64,000 nt of DNA, from assembly GCA_963666735.1 (NCBI GenBank), contig OY762926.1:704001-768000 (forward strand), in the 5' to 3' direction. Position numbers and translations under genes: made by a program. Under the pieces are notes generated by a model, which was given only the letters and a program-made list of their open reading frames with translations, had not been told where the DNA came from and did no database searches. This stretch comes from Gemmatimonadota bacterium (lineage in GTDB: Bacteria; Gemmatimonadota; Gemmatimonadetes; Palauibacterales; Palauibacteraceae). Below, piece after piece: positions 36,640 to 47,002 of this stretch. Position 1 is the first letter of the stretch. Each line of letters begins with the position of its first letter.

Positions 36640-37706
36640 GCGCTTCCGTCGTCCGACCCGCGCACCGGGCCTGGCCGCTCGCCCTCACGGGCGCCCGGCC
36701 GCCGCTCGAGCCTCGCGACGCGATGAAACAGGTCCGGCAGCCGGCTCAGGAGAGCGGCCTCCTTCAGCCAGGACCGCTGAGGGCGCGCCGGCGTCCCTCC
36801 CAGCTCCGCTCCCGGGGGCACATCCCGAACCACGCCCGTCTGCCCCGCGATGCGCGCCCCGGCGCCGATCGTCAGGTGGCCGGCCACGCCGGCCTGGCCG
36901 CCGAACTGCGTGCCGCCGCCGATGTCGCAGCTCCCCGCGATGCCCACGTGCGCGGCGATAAGGCAGTCACTCCCGATCCGCACGTTGTGTCCCACGTGCA
37001 CGAGGTTGTCGAGCTTGGTCCGGTCCCCGATCCGCGTGTCATCGAGCGCGCCCCGGTCGATCGTGCAGTTCGCTCCGATCTCGACGTCCGCTCCGATCAG
37101 GCAGCCGCCGATCTGCGGCACTTTGTACGCCCCGTCCGGCCCCGGCACGTACCCGAAACCATCCGTCCCGATGCGCGCGCCGGCGTGCACGCGCACCCGG
37201 TCGCCCAGCTCGACGTCGTGGAGGATGGAGACGGCGTGGCCGAGCCGGCAGTCGACGCCGAGCCGGGCTCCGCGGCCGATGAGTGTCCCCGGTCCCACCC
37301 ACGTTCCACGCCCGATCCGGGCTCCGTCTTCCACCACCACGCCCGGACCCAGCGACACCGCATCGTCGATCCGCGCCCCCTCGCCGATCCGGACGGACGG
37401 ATGGATCCCCGGCGGCGGCTCCGGCTCCGGATGGAACAGCCGCACGATCCTGGCGAAGGAGAGATGAGGGTCATCGACCTTGAGGACGGTGAACCGGACG
37501 CCGCGCGTTTCGAAGCCCCGCGGGGCCAACACCGCCCCCGCCCGGGTCCCGTGGACGGCCTCACGCAGCGCTGCGCGGGCGAAGAATGCAAGGTCTCCCG
37601 GTCCGGCAACGTCGAGCGAGGCGACGCCGCTCAATCGACGGTCGGGATCACCCAGCACATCCGCGCCCACGCGGCGGGCGAGATCGGAGACCGTGTACGC
37701 CGGCAT
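36636..37706 (-). CDS. lpxD: UDP-3-O-(3-hydroxyacyl)glucosamine N-acyltransferase
   Basis: DGFGY, KVPQ.G, EIGAN.TIDRG, KLDNLV.VGHN; hexapeptide repeats. Confidence 0.95.
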   Translation of the reverse strand: MPAYTVSDLARRVGADVLGDPDRRLSGVASLDVAGPGDLAFFARAALREAVHGTRAGAVLAPRGFETRGVRFTVLKVDDPHLSFARIVRLFHPEPEPPPGIHPSVRIGEGARIDDAVSLGPGVVVEDGARIGRGTWVGPGTLIGRGARLGVDCRLGHAVSILHDVELGDRVRVHAGARIGTDGFGYVPGPDGAYKVPQIGGCLIGADVEIGANCTIDRGALDDTRIGDRTKLDNLVHVGHNVRIGSDCLIAAHVGIAGSCDIGGGTQFGGQAGVAGHLTIGAGARIAGQTGVVRDVPPGAELGGTPARPQRSWLKEAALLSRLPDLFHRVARLERRPGAREGERPGPVRGSDDGSA

Positions 37707-37736
37707 TCGCGAAACGGGGCCGGACTCGCCCCGACA

Positions 37737-38345
37737 CTAGCCGCCGGGCTGGGCCGAGATGGCGGCGAGGTCCACCCCGAGACGCTCGAGGACCGCCGTC
37801 GTGATGTCGAGCGACGTGTCCGCCGCCACCACGCCCGCGGCGATGTCGAGCACGATCGAGTAGCTGCGTTCCGCGCGGATCTCCTCGATAATCTCGTTCA
37901 CCCGCACCACGATCGGTTCGAGCAGTTCCGCACGACGCCGATCCAGTTCGACGTTCAGTTCCTGCTGTCTCGCCGCCGCCTGCTGCTGCTTGTCGCGGAT
38001 CTCCCCCTCTTTCTGCTGGCGACCCGCCGGGTCGAGCAGCGACTGCTGCTGCTGATATGCCGCGATGAGGGAGTCGATCTCCATCGCGAAAGCCTCGAGT
38101 TCGCCCTCGAACTCGACGGAAAGACGCTGAAACGCGGCGCCGGCCGAATCCGCGCCGGGCGCGACGGGGAGGATGGCCTGCGTGTTCACGTAGACGATCG
38201 GCGTCCCCTCGGGGGGCAGCGGGACGGCCTCCATCGCCGGCGGCGCCCCCGGCTGTTCCTGGCCGGCCAGAGGACCCGCGATGAGTGCGCCGAGCGCCAG
38301 CGCGCCCATCACCGCCGGCCCCGCGCCCCTGTGAATCCAGTTCAT
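37737..38345 (-). CDS. skp: OmpH/Skp periplasmic chaperone
   Basis: Signal peptide, IVYVN, long coiled coil, Y..VLD...DIT..VL; between bamA and lpxD. Confidence 0.88.
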   Translation of the reverse strand: MNWIHRGAGPAVMGALALGALIAGPLAGQEQPGAPPAMEAVPLPPEGTPIVYVNTQAILPVAPGADSAGAAFQRLSVEFEGELEAFAMEIDSLIAAYQQQQSLLDPAGRQQKEGEIRDKQQQAAARQQELNVELDRRRAELLEPIVVRVNEIIEEIRAERSYSIVLDIAAGVVAADTSLDITTAVLERLGVDLAAISAQPGG

Positions 38346-38363
38346 GTCGGTATCCCTCTCGGT

Positions 38364-40793
38364 TCAGAACACTCGTCCGAACTTGAAGTGCAGTTGCCAA
38401 CCCGGATCCGGCCGGCCCAGGACATCGCGCCGGTCAAACCCGTATGCGTAGTCGAGACCCAGGGGACCGAAGGGCGTCACGAGACTCGCGCCGATCCCGG
38501 CCCCCACCAGCAGGTCCGTCGGATTGAGCTGGCTGCTGTCCAGCCAGACGTTCCCGGCGTCCATGAAAGCACTCATGAAGATGCTGCTCGTGAGCTTGAT
38601 CCCGAAAGTCACGCCGGTCCGGAAGAACGATTCTCCCACGCGATCGAGGTCGCTGAAGGGGGCGTCGTTCGGGATGTGCCCCGATGGGGTCACCGAGGCC
38701 TCGTCATACCCTCGTAACTGGATCCCCGCCTGCGTGCCCCCCGCGTAGTAGCGTTCCGTGAAAAACGGATTCCGGCCCATGATGAGCCCCGCCTCGAAGC
38801 TGAGGCCGAAGGTGAGCTCTATGGGCGGGCTCGTGCTCCCGGGGCCTCCGCCCAGACGGCCCACCGGCACGAACCACTCGCTCGTCAGGTCTAGTTTCCG
38901 GTAGTTCCCGTCCCCTCCCAGAAAGCCGCCCGTCTGCCGGAGCGCGAGCTGGTTCCGGGCGCCGCTCGTCGCGAACAGGGGATTGTTCCGGCTGTCCTGG
39001 ACCAGTCGCCAGGAAAGCGCGGACCGCAAACCGGAGAAGAGCGAGAACCGCCGCCCGATCACGTTCGTGGTGTCCAGCCCCCGCACGTCGTCGTCGAAGA
39101 GGGAGTATCCCACGAAGACGCGCGTGTTTCGTATCCCGAAGATGGGGATGCCGACTTCGGTCAGCCCGCCCGTCTGGCGGCGGTCCCCGAGGCTGAAGCC
39201 GGTGAACTGGTCGCGCGAACTCCGGAGCGTGACATTTGCGGAATAGTGGCTTCCGAGGAGTTCCGGATCGGAGTAGCTGATGTCGAGGTCCCGCTGCCGG
39301 CGGCCGAAGATCCAGCGGAAGCTTCCCGTCTTCGCGAGTCCGAACAGGTTCGGCTGCGAATAGCCGATGAACCCCGCAAGTCCGGTGAAACCGGAGGCCG
39401 TGATCCCGAAGTTCAGCGTGCCCGTCTGCTTCTCCTGCACGCGCAGCGAGATGTCGATGTCCCCGTCCGCGCGCGGGCGGATGTTGATCGCCTCGTCCGG
39501 AGGCAGGGGCTCGAAGAAGTTCAGCCCCTGGATGTTCTGGAACGACTGGATCAGACGTTCCTGCGAATAAACGTCCCCGGGGAAGATGAGCAGGCGGTTC
39601 CGGATCACGCGGTCGTGCGTGGCCGTGTTCCCCTCGATCGCGATCTCCCGGACATAGCTCCGCGCGCCTTCCTCGATGATGAGATGGGCGGTGACGCGGG
39701 GCGGCTCGCCTTCGGGGACATTCACGCGCCGCACGTCCGGCGTGACGCGCGAGGCGAGGTACCCGTTGTTCCGGTAAAGGTCTCCGAGGTCCGCCGGCGA
39801 AGCGTAGAAGGCGGTGAAGTTGAAGGGAGGATACGCCTCGTCACTCTCGGCCTCGTGCTGTCCGCGGCGCACGATCGGTTCGATCGTCGCGAGCGGGAAA
39901 GCGCGGTTCCCGGTGATCCTCAGGTCTTCGAGCAGATACCGGGCCCCCTCCTCGACGCGGATCTCGATCCGGCCCTTTCCGGTGACGCGGTCCGATATGA
40001 CCGAGTCGCCGAGAACTTCGAAGTCCAGGTAGCCGTTCGAGCGGTAGAACTCAGGGAGCCGCTCCGTCAGGTCGCGCCGGAATTCGTCCCGCTTGAGTTC
40101 GCCCGAATCGAACCAGAAGAACCCCTCCTCATCGGTGGCCATCGCCGCCCGGAGTTCCGCGTCCGTGAAGGCTTCGTTCCCCTCGAATGTGATCGCAGTC
40201 ACCCCGAGCCGCGGCCCTTCGTCTACGTCGAAAACGACGAGCAGGTCGGGGGGGAACGCCGGGTCCGGGCGGATGAGCGTATCCACGCTCGCCGTCGGAA
40301 ACCCTTCGTTCGACAACAGTTCGAGGATCGTGGCGCGCGCGCGCCCGATCCGGCTGGGGTCGAGCGGACTGTTGCTCGCGAGGCCGATGGTGTCGCGGAT
40401 GACATCTTCGTCCACCCGTTCCAGTCCCCTGAACGCGTACTGCGTGATGTAGGGTCGTTCCTCCACGCGGATGTAGAACACGCCGCGCTCGGGATCGTCC
40501 GACTCCGCCACCCCGATCTCGACGTCGGAGAAATCCCCGGTGCTGAAGAGGCGTCGGATCGCGTCCTGGATCTGGGGCTGGCGCACGACGTTGCCCGCGC
40601 GGAGGCCGCTCCGCGTGATGATGAGGTTCTCGGAGTGGCGCTGGTTCCCCACGACCACGACCGAATCGACGCGCACGGAGGACTGGTCGAGCTGGATCTG
40701 CGCCGCTGCCGGGTCCACCGCGGCGAGCCCGAGGATCAGGCCCGTCAGCACCAGTCCGCCCGCCCCGCCGGCGAGCGGCCGCCGGCGGTTCAC
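38364..40793 (-). CDS. bamA: Outer membrane protein assembly factor BamA
   Basis: Five POTRA-like repeats, NLFG, LRGY, TPFGPL..DYAYG, C-terminal F. Confidence 0.95.
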   Translation of the reverse strand: MNRRRPLAGGAGGLVLTGLILGLAAVDPAAAQIQLDQSSVRVDSVVVVGNQRHSENLIITRSGLRAGNVVRQPQIQDAIRRLFSTGDFSDVEIGVAESDDPERGVFYIRVEERPYITQYAFRGLERVDEDVIRDTIGLASNSPLDPSRIGRARATILELLSNEGFPTASVDTLIRPDPAFPPDLLVVFDVDEGPRLGVTAITFEGNEAFTDAELRAAMATDEEGFFWFDSGELKRDEFRRDLTERLPEFYRSNGYLDFEVLGDSVISDRVTGKGRIEIRVEEGARYLLEDLRITGNRAFPLATIEPIVRRGQHEAESDEAYPPFNFTAFYASPADLGDLYRNNGYLASRVTPDVRRVNVPEGEPPRVTAHLIIEEGARSYVREIAIEGNTATHDRVIRNRLLIFPGDVYSQERLIQSFQNIQGLNFFEPLPPDEAINIRPRADGDIDISLRVQEKQTGTLNFGITASGFTGLAGFIGYSQPNLFGLAKTGSFRWIFGRRQRDLDISYSDPELLGSHYSANVTLRSSRDQFTGFSLGDRRQTGGLTEVGIPIFGIRNTRVFVGYSLFDDDVRGLDTTNVIGRRFSLFSGLRSALSWRLVQDSRNNPLFATSGARNQLALRQTGGFLGGDGNYRKLDLTSEWFVPVGRLGGGPGSTSPPIELTFGLSFEAGLIMGRNPFFTERYYAGGTQAGIQLRGYDEASVTPSGHIPNDAPFSDLDRVGESFFRTGVTFGIKLTSSIFMSAFMDAGNVWLDSSQLNPTDLLVGAGIGASLVTPFGPLGLDYAYGFDRRDVLGRPDPGWQLHFKFGRVF

Positions 40794-43279
40794 TTCGCCG
40801 AAGAAGTCGTGGGCGTGGCGAACACCAGGCTGTCCTCATCTTCGGCGATGTCCACAAGGATCTGGTCGCCGGGCTCGAAGTCGGCCATCAGGATCCGCTC
40901 GGAAAGCGCATCCTCGACATGCCGTTGAATCGTGCGCTTGAGCGGACGCGCCCCGAACTTCTGGTCATAGCCGCGGTCCACGAGAAAACGGATCGCGGCA
41001 TCGGTCAGTTCGAGTTCGAGGCGCTCCTCCGCGAGGCGTTTCTGCACCTCACGGAGCTGGATATGCACGATCTCTCCCAGTTGGTCCTTCGAGAGCGGAT
41101 GGAAGACGATCGTCGCTTCGACCCGGTTCAGGAACTCGGGCGTGAACACGCGGTCGATCTCGTCCGAGACTCGTTCCCGGATCCGCTCGTAGTCGATCCC
41201 GCTCGCTTCCTCCGTGAAGCCCACGCGCGTCGAACTGCCGATGTCCCGGCTCCCGACGTTCGACGTCATGATGACGACGGTGTTCTTGAAGTCGATGACC
41301 CGGCCGTAGTTGTCCGTCAGCCGACCCTCGTCGAGCACCTGGAGGAGGATGTTGAAGACATCGGGGTGCGCCTTCTCGATCTCGTCGAGCAGGACGACGC
41401 TGTACGGCCGGCGCCGGATGGCCTTCGTGAGCGCGCCGGATTCCTCGTAACCGACGTAGCCCGGAGGCGCGCCGATGAGACGGCTCACGGAGAACTTCTC
41501 CATGTACTCCGACATGTCCACGCGCACGAGCGCGCTCTCCTCCGCGAACAGAAAGCGCGCCAGAGCCCGCGCCAGTTCGGTCTTCCCCACCCCCGTCGGA
41601 CCGCAGAAAATGAAGCTCCCGATGGGGCGGTCGGGATCCTTCAGACCCGCCCGCCCGCGGCGGATGGCGCGACTCACCGCCTCGATGGCCTCGTCCTGCC
41701 CGACGACGCTCTCGTGCAGTTCGTCCTCCATGCGGAGCAGGCGATCCGTTTCCGCTTCCCTGAGCCGGGTCACGGGAATCCCCGTCCAGCGGCCCACGAT
41801 GAAGGCGATGTCGTCCTCTTCGACCGTGGGGCGGAACTCGGCCCGCGCACGCTCCCACTCGTCGCGCCGGCGCTTGATCTCCTCCTGAACCTCCTTCTCG
41901 CGGTCCCTGAGGTAGGCGGCGCGCTCGAAGTCCTGGTCGCTGATCGCCGCGTCCTTCCACTCCGCGAGTTCCTCGAGCTTCGCGTGGAACTCCTGCACCT
42001 CGGCGGGCGGCACCTGCGCGGCGAGCCTCGATCGGGCGCCGGCCTCATCGATCACGTCGATGGCCTTGTCCGGGAGAAACCGGTCCGTGATGTAGCGCTC
42101 CGCCAGCCGGGCGGCGGCGGAGAGCGACGCATCCGGGATCTCCACGTTGTGGTGGTCCTCGTAATACTTCCGCAGCCCCTGAAGGATCTCGACGGTCTCG
42201 TCGATGGTCGGAGCCTCGACGATCACGGTCTGGAAGCGGCGCTCCAGCGCCCCATCCTTCTCGATGTACTTCCGGTACTCGTTCAGCGTGGAGGCGCCCA
42301 CGCACTGCAGCTCTCCGCGGGAGAGGGCCGGCTTGAGCATGTTCGATGCGTCGATCGCGCCTTCCGCCGCGCCGGCGCCGACGAGCGTGTGCAACTCATC
42401 GATGAAGAGGATCACGCCCTTCGCCTGCGAGGTTTCGTTCACGATCGCCTTGAGGCGCTCCTCGAACTGGCCTCGGTACTTGGTGCCGGCGATGACCGCG
42501 GCCATGTCGAGCGCAAGGACGCGGTGCCGCTTCAGGCTGTCCGGCACGTCGCCCCGCTGGATGGCCTGCGCGAGCCCTTCGACGATCGCCGTCTTGCCCA
42601 CTCCCGGCTCGCCGATGAGCACGGGGTTGTTCTTCTTGCGACGCGAGAGGACCTCCATCATGCGCTCGATCTCGCCCAGCCTGCCGATCGTCGGGTCGAG
42701 TTTTCCCTGGCTTGCGAGCTGCGTGAGATCCCGGCAGAAATGGTCCAGCGCCGGGGTCTTCGACTTCTTTTCCCCCTTCTTGCCGGACGAACTTGCGGGG
42801 TCGGATACGGAGGCCGCGGCGGGCGCGCCGCCGGCCGGCATGTCCGTCCCGAGCAGCTTCAGCGTCTCGGCCCGCGCGTTGTCGAGTCCGATTCCGGCCT
42901 CTCCGAGCGCCTTGGCCGCGAGCCCCTTCTCCTGGCGGAGAAGGCCGAGCAGAAGGTGTTCCGTCCCCACGTAGGTGTGGTTGAGTTCCTCCGTCTCGGC
43001 CATCGCGTGCTCGAGCACGTTCTTCGCCTGCGTCGTGTACGGGAGTTCGCCGATCGACGAACTGCTCTTCCCGGTCCGGATATTCCCCTCCACGAGCCGC
43101 TTCAGCTCTTCGAGGTCGGCGGACAGGTTGGCCAGGACCGCGGCGGCAACGCCCTCGCCTTCGCGAATCAGCCCGAGGAGGATGTGCTCCGTGCCCACGT
43201 AATCGTGCTTGAGGCGGATGGCCTCCTCGCGCGCCATGGCGAGCACCTTCCGAACACGATCCGTGAAGTTGTAGTTCAT
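40790..43279 (-). CDS. clpC: ATP-dependent Clp protease ATPase ClpC
   Basis: Clp-N repeats (GTEH.LL), two AAA+ domains ([16 protein letters not shown]), UVR middle domain; follows mcsAB. Confidence 0.95.
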   Translation of the reverse strand: MNYNFTDRVRKVLAMAREEAIRLKHDYVGTEHILLGLIREGEGVAAAVLANLSADLEELKRLVEGNIRTGKSSSSIGELPYTTQAKNVLEHAMAETEELNHTYVGTEHLLLGLLRQEKGLAAKALGEAGIGLDNARAETLKLLGTDMPAGGAPAAASVSDPASSSGKKGEKKSKTPALDHFCRDLTQLASQGKLDPTIGRLGEIERMMEVLSRRKKNNPVLIGEPGVGKTAIVEGLAQAIQRGDVPDSLKRHRVLALDMAAVIAGTKYRGQFEERLKAIVNETSQAKGVILFIDELHTLVGAGAAEGAIDASNMLKPALSRGELQCVGASTLNEYRKYIEKDGALERRFQTVIVEAPTIDETVEILQGLRKYYEDHHNVEIPDASLSAAARLAERYITDRFLPDKAIDVIDEAGARSRLAAQVPPAEVQEFHAKLEELAEWKDAAISDQDFERAAYLRDREKEVQEEIKRRRDEWERARAEFRPTVEEDDIAFIVGRWTGIPVTRLREAETDRLLRMEDELHESVVGQDEAIEAVSRAIRRGRAGLKDPDRPIGSFIFCGPTGVGKTELARALARFLFAEESALVRVDMSEYMEKFSVSRLIGAPPGYVGYEESGALTKAIRRRPYSVVLLDEIEKAHPDVFNILLQVLDEGRLTDNYGRVIDFKNTVVIMTSNVGSRDIGSSTRVGFTEEASGIDYERIRERVSDEIDRVFTPEFLNRVEATIVFHPLSKDQLGEIVHIQLREVQKRLAEERLELELTDAAIRFLVDRGYDQKFGARPLKRTIQRHVEDALSERILMADFEPGDQILVDIAEDEDSLVFATPTTSSAK

Positions 43280-43321
43280 CCGGGCCTCATGTGGCGTCGG
43301 CGAAACGGCCGGTGGCGTGAT

Positions 43322-44413
43322 TCAGTGCGATCCCGCGCTATTCAAGGCTCTTCGAACGTAGCTCGCGCGGAACGCGTCCGCATCCGCCTCGTCGAGCCGG
43401 CGCCCCGCCTCGCGCGCGAGATGTGCGGTCTGGGCATGGATCATCATGCGGCTGATCACGTCTACCCGGGGTGTTTTCAGAAGTTTCAGCGAGATGCCGA
43501 GTCGGACTCCGGAGAGGAGGTTCATCATCTCTTCGAAGGGCAGGCTCCTTGCGTGACGCAGAATCCCGTAGGCCCGCCAGACCTTGTCCTCGAGCACGTT
43601 CGGCGCTTCGCGCAGCAGGACGGCCCGCGCCTGCTTCTCGTATCCGATGACGCGGCCGACGAGGCGTTCGAGCTGGTCGATCAGATCCTCCTCGGTCTTG
43701 CCCAGAGTCGTTTGGTTCGAAATCTGGAACAGGTTCCCCACGATCCTCGAACCCTCTCCGTATAGACCCCGGTAGGTCACGCCGAGTTGCCCCATGCCCT
43801 CCAGCACCTTGCGGATCTGGCGGGTGAGGACGAGACCGGGCAAATGGATGAAGACGGAGGCCCGCAGCCCGGTCCCCACATTCGTCGGACAGGAGGTGAG
43901 GAAGCCGAACTCCTGGTGGAAGGCAAACGGAAGACGGGCGCCGATCTCCTCGTCCAGCTGGTCGAGGTCGCGCCACGCGGCCGCGAGCTGGAAGCCCCCG
44001 CGCAGCGTCTGCAGCCGGAGGTGATCCTCCTCGTTCACCATCATGCCGAGCGCCCGCGTCCGGGATAGGGCGAGGCCCGAGCCGCGACGCGGTCCGGTTT
44101 CGGGTCCGCCGATGAGTTCCTTGCTGACGAGGCGTCGTTCGAGCAGGAGGAGGCGATCCACCGGGCCGAGGCGCGAGATCTCCCAGAAATCGACCTCTTC
44201 GAGCACGCCCGCGGCCTCCGTCGCCGCTCGCGCCTTCTCGAGCAGGGCCTCGCGCTCTTCGCCGGTCGCGTGTGCGGAGAAGGAGTACCCCTGGAGGTTG
44301 CGGGCGAGGCGCACCCGACTCGAGACGACGATATCGCCATCCGGGCTCGCTTCGTCCAACCAGTCGAGACCGTGGGTTCCGATGGGCGGCACGGCCGCGG
44401 GCCCGTCCGTCAC
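43322..44413 (-). CDS. mcsB: Protein-arginine kinase McsB
   Basis: SSRVRLARN, NEEDHLR, LTSCPTNVGTGLRAS, QISNQTTLG. Confidence 0.94.
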   Translation of the reverse strand: MTDGPAAVPPIGTHGLDWLDEASPDGDIVVSSRVRLARNLQGYSFSAHATGEEREALLEKARAATEAAGVLEEVDFWEISRLGPVDRLLLLERRLVSKELIGGPETGPRRGSGLALSRTRALGMMVNEEDHLRLQTLRGGFQLAAAWRDLDQLDEEIGARLPFAFHQEFGFLTSCPTNVGTGLRASVFIHLPGLVLTRQIRKVLEGMGQLGVTYRGLYGEGSRIVGNLFQISNQTTLGKTEEDLIDQLERLVGRVIGYEKQARAVLLREAPNVLEDKVWRAYGILRHARSLPFEEMMNLLSGVRLGISLKLLKTPRVDVISRMMIHAQTAHLAREAGRRLDEADADAFRASYVRRALNSAGSH

Positions 44414-44904
44414 GACGCCTCCGTCAGGGCGTGGATCGCGTCTCTGAGGTCCGCCGCCGATTCGAAATCTTCGATCTCCACGGCCCGCTCAAGGCGTCGC
44501 CGGAGGGTGGAGAGGCGAACCTGCTCGGGGTCCGCGTCGAGGGCCGTGCTCACGTACACCTTCCCCATGTGCTGCGAGGAGCCGTGCACGCGGCGCAGGA
44601 GCGCCCGGAGCTGCCGGTGGAACTGCGCGTAGCACTGCGGGCAACCCAGCCTCCCCGATTTCCGGAAGTCGCCCGCCCCGGTGCCGCAGTACTCGCACGC
44701 CTCGCCGGCCTCGTCGAACAGCGTTTCCCCGGCGGCCCCGCCAAGGTGCGCCAGCAGATCCGCCATGGGCGCGGATCCGCCGCCGGCCGATACACCCTTC
44801 AGTGTCGCGCAGGTCGAACAGAGATTGAGCGTGCGCATCTCGTTGTTCTCAATCTCGGTGAGGGTGATCTTCGCCTTGCGCTCCCCGCAGTTCTCGCAAT
44901 CCAT
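44410..44904 (-). CDS. mcsA: Arginine-kinase activator McsA (CxxC + UVR)
   Basis: Four CxxC motifs, GRLGC..CY, VHG...H.GK, C-terminal UVR 'EDFE.AA.LRD'. Confidence 0.92.
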   Translation of the reverse strand: MDCENCGERKAKITLTEIENNEMRTLNLCSTCATLKGVSAGGGSAPMADLLAHLGGAAGETLFDEAGEACEYCGTGAGDFRKSGRLGCPQCYAQFHRQLRALLRRVHGSSQHMGKVYVSTALDADPEQVRLSTLRRRLERAVEIEDFESAADLRDAIHALTEAS

Positions 44905-44936
44905 CGCGTTTCTCCGTTACGTCGCCCGGCGCCCCA

Positions 44937-45653
44937 TCACGCGGCGACGAGTTCCCCGCTCTCGATGCGCAGCACCCGGCCCGCGCGGCCCGCCAGTTCG
45001 CGGCTGTGCGTTACGACGACCAGCGCCGCGCCGTGTCCGTCCACCAGTTCGAACAGCAGATCGTGCAGGCGCAGTGTCGCCTCGGCGTCGAGGTTCCCCG
45101 ACGGCTCGTCCGCCAGCACGAGCGGGGGCGCGTTCGCCAGCGCCCGCGCCACCGCCACCCGCTGCTGCTCTCCGCCGGAGAGCCGGCGCGGCCGGTGGCG
45201 CGCCCGTTCCGCCAGCCCCACCTGAGCCAGGAGTTCCGCGGCCCGGTCCCGGGCTTCCTCCCTCGATGCGCCGGCGATCAACCGGGGCAGCATCACGTTC
45301 TCGAGCGCCGTGAAGTCGCGCAGCAGGTGATGGAACTGGAAGACGAAGCCGACGAACCGGTTTCTGAGTTCGGCCAGCCGCTCGCCTCCGAGTTCCGACA
45401 CCCGTTCGCCCCCCAGCCAGACGTCTCCCGCCGTCGGCCGGTCGAGGGCGCCGAGCAAATGTAGCAGCGTGGACTTCCCGGACCCACTCGGGCCCACGAT
45501 GGCCAGGGCATCCCCCGGGTCCACGGTGAGGTCGATCCCGTTCAGCACCGGAAGGAGACCGCCATCCGGGCTCGGGAAGGTCCGGACGAGCCCCGCCGCT
45601 CGCACCGCGGCTCCCGCCGCGGGCGACGCCTTACCGCCTCCGCCCGGCGTCAT
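44937..45653 (-). CDS. lolD: Lipoprotein-releasing ABC transporter ATPase
   Basis: GPSGSGKST, GFVFQFHHLL, LSGGEQQR, DEPSGNLD. Confidence 0.9.
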   Translation of the reverse strand: MTPGGGGKASPAAGAAVRAAGLVRTFPSPDGGLLPVLNGIDLTVDPGDALAIVGPSGSGKSTLLHLLGALDRPTAGDVWLGGERVSELGGERLAELRNRFVGFVFQFHHLLRDFTALENVMLPRLIAGASREEARDRAAELLAQVGLAERARHRPRRLSGGEQQRVAVARALANAPPLVLADEPSGNLDAEATLRLHDLLFELVDGHGAALVVVTHSRELAGRAGRVLRIESGELVAA

Positions 45654-47002
45654 TCGTGACGGATGGCGTCGACCGGCGCGAGCGCCGCGGCTTTTCGCGC
45701 CGGATAGATCGTGGCCAGGTAGGAGATGAGCAGCGATCCGAGGATGATCAGCGTGACATCGAGCGGCGCGAGCGAGATCGGCAGGCGGTCGATGAAGTAC
45801 ACGTCGCTGGGGAGCGTGATGAACTCGTAGCGCGTCAGCGCCCAGGCGAGACTGGCGCCGAGCGCGGCCCCCAGGGTCGTACCGACGACGCCGATGAAGA
45901 GTCCCATGTTCGTGAACACCCTTCCGACGCTTCCGGCGGTCACCCCCATCGAGCGGAGAATCCCGATCTCGCGCGTGCGGTCCGCGACCATCATCACCAG
46001 CGTCGAGACGATGTTGAAGGAGGCGACGAGGATGATGAGGATGAGGACGACGGCCATGCCGAGCTTCTCGAGCCGGAGCGCGGAAAAGAGGCTCCTGTTG
46101 AGTTCCTGCCAACCCTCCACCCGGTACGGCCAGCCCAGCGCTTCCTCCACCCGCGCGGACACTTCCGTCGCCTCCCACGGGTCGCTCACGTCGAACTCGA
46201 TCCCGGTCACGGCTTCGCCGAGTCCGAACAGGGCCTGCGCGTCGGCGAGCGGGGCCATCGCAAGTTCGTCGTCGTACTGGTAGAGGCCGGTCTGGAAGAT
46301 CCCCGTGACCTCGAAGCGTTTCAGCGAAGCCGACAGCCCCGCGGCCGAGAGCGTCGCGTCCCGGGTGGACGCCGCGACGATGACCTTGCCCTGGTAGAGC
46401 CCCATCTTCTGCGCGAGGCCGCGTCCGACCACGATGCCCGGATTTCCGGACTCGGTCGGGCCGAAGGGCGGCTCCCCGATGATGAGGTGCTCGACGAGCC
46501 CGGCGATCCGCATCCCCTCCGGGTCGTCGGTGATCCCCCGCAGCACGACGGACTCGTTGTAGCGGTCGCCGGGCTGCGTGAGGATGATCTTGTTGAAGGC
46601 GAACGGGGAGGCCGCGATCACATCCTCGTCCTGCCGGACTCGCGCGAGCACCGTCTCCCAGTCCTCCATCTGGAACCCGCTATCGAGTTCCATCACGTGC
46701 GCGTGCGGCCCCCCGCTGAGGATCCGGTCCCTCAGGCTCTCCTGGAGGCCGTTGAGGACGCCGATTACGACAATGAGCGCCATCACGCCGACGGCCACGC
46801 CCCCCACCGCGAGACTCGATATGAAGGCGACGAGCCTCGAGTCCTTCTCGTCCACGGTGCCTGCGCCCGCCAGCGGCCGCCACGGCCTGCGGACGAAGCG
46901 GCCGAAGGCGCGGAATACCCCCGGCACCGACATGCGACGCCCCGTCCCCCGCAGATAGCGCCGCGCCACGAATCGTTCGAAGCGCCTCCGCCCTCCGCTC
47001 AA
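45650..47002 (-). CDS. Lipoprotein-releasing ABC transporter permease (LolC/E)
   Basis: GVAVGVMALIVV.GV.NG, LF.AL..EK, VASFNI...L.M.V.D...EIGIL, YPA..A. TTGA overlap start. Confidence 0.9.
   Translation of the reverse strand: MSGGRRRFERFVARRYLRGTGRRMSVPGVFRAFGRFVRRPWRPLAGAGTVDEKDSRLVAFISSLAVGGVAVGVMALIVVIGVLNGLQESLRDRILSGGPHAHVMELDSGFQMEDWETVLARVRQDEDVIAASPFAFNKIILTQPGDRYNESVVLRGITDDPEGMRIAGLVEHLIIGEPPFGPTESGNPGIVVGRGLAQKMGLYQGKVIVAASTRDATLSAAGLSASLKRFEVTGIFQTGLYQYDDELAMAPLADAQALFGLGEAVTGIEFDVSDPWEATEVSARVEEALGWPYRVEGWQELNRSLFSALRLEKLGMAVVLILIILVASFNIVSTLVMMVADRTREIGILRSMGVTAGSVGRVFTNMGLFIGVVGTTLGAALGASLAWALTRYEFITLPSDVYFIDRLPISLAPLDVTLIILGSLLISYLATIYPARKAAALAPVDAIRHE

Noticed and set aside
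40919..43765. 948-aa + strand ORF and many other long antisense or alternate-frame ORFs (e.g. 18211-20358, 36723-38717, 58872-61019)
   Set aside because: Shadow ORFs of well-supported genes in a high-GC genome; no family motifs and Arg/Pro/Ala-rich composition.
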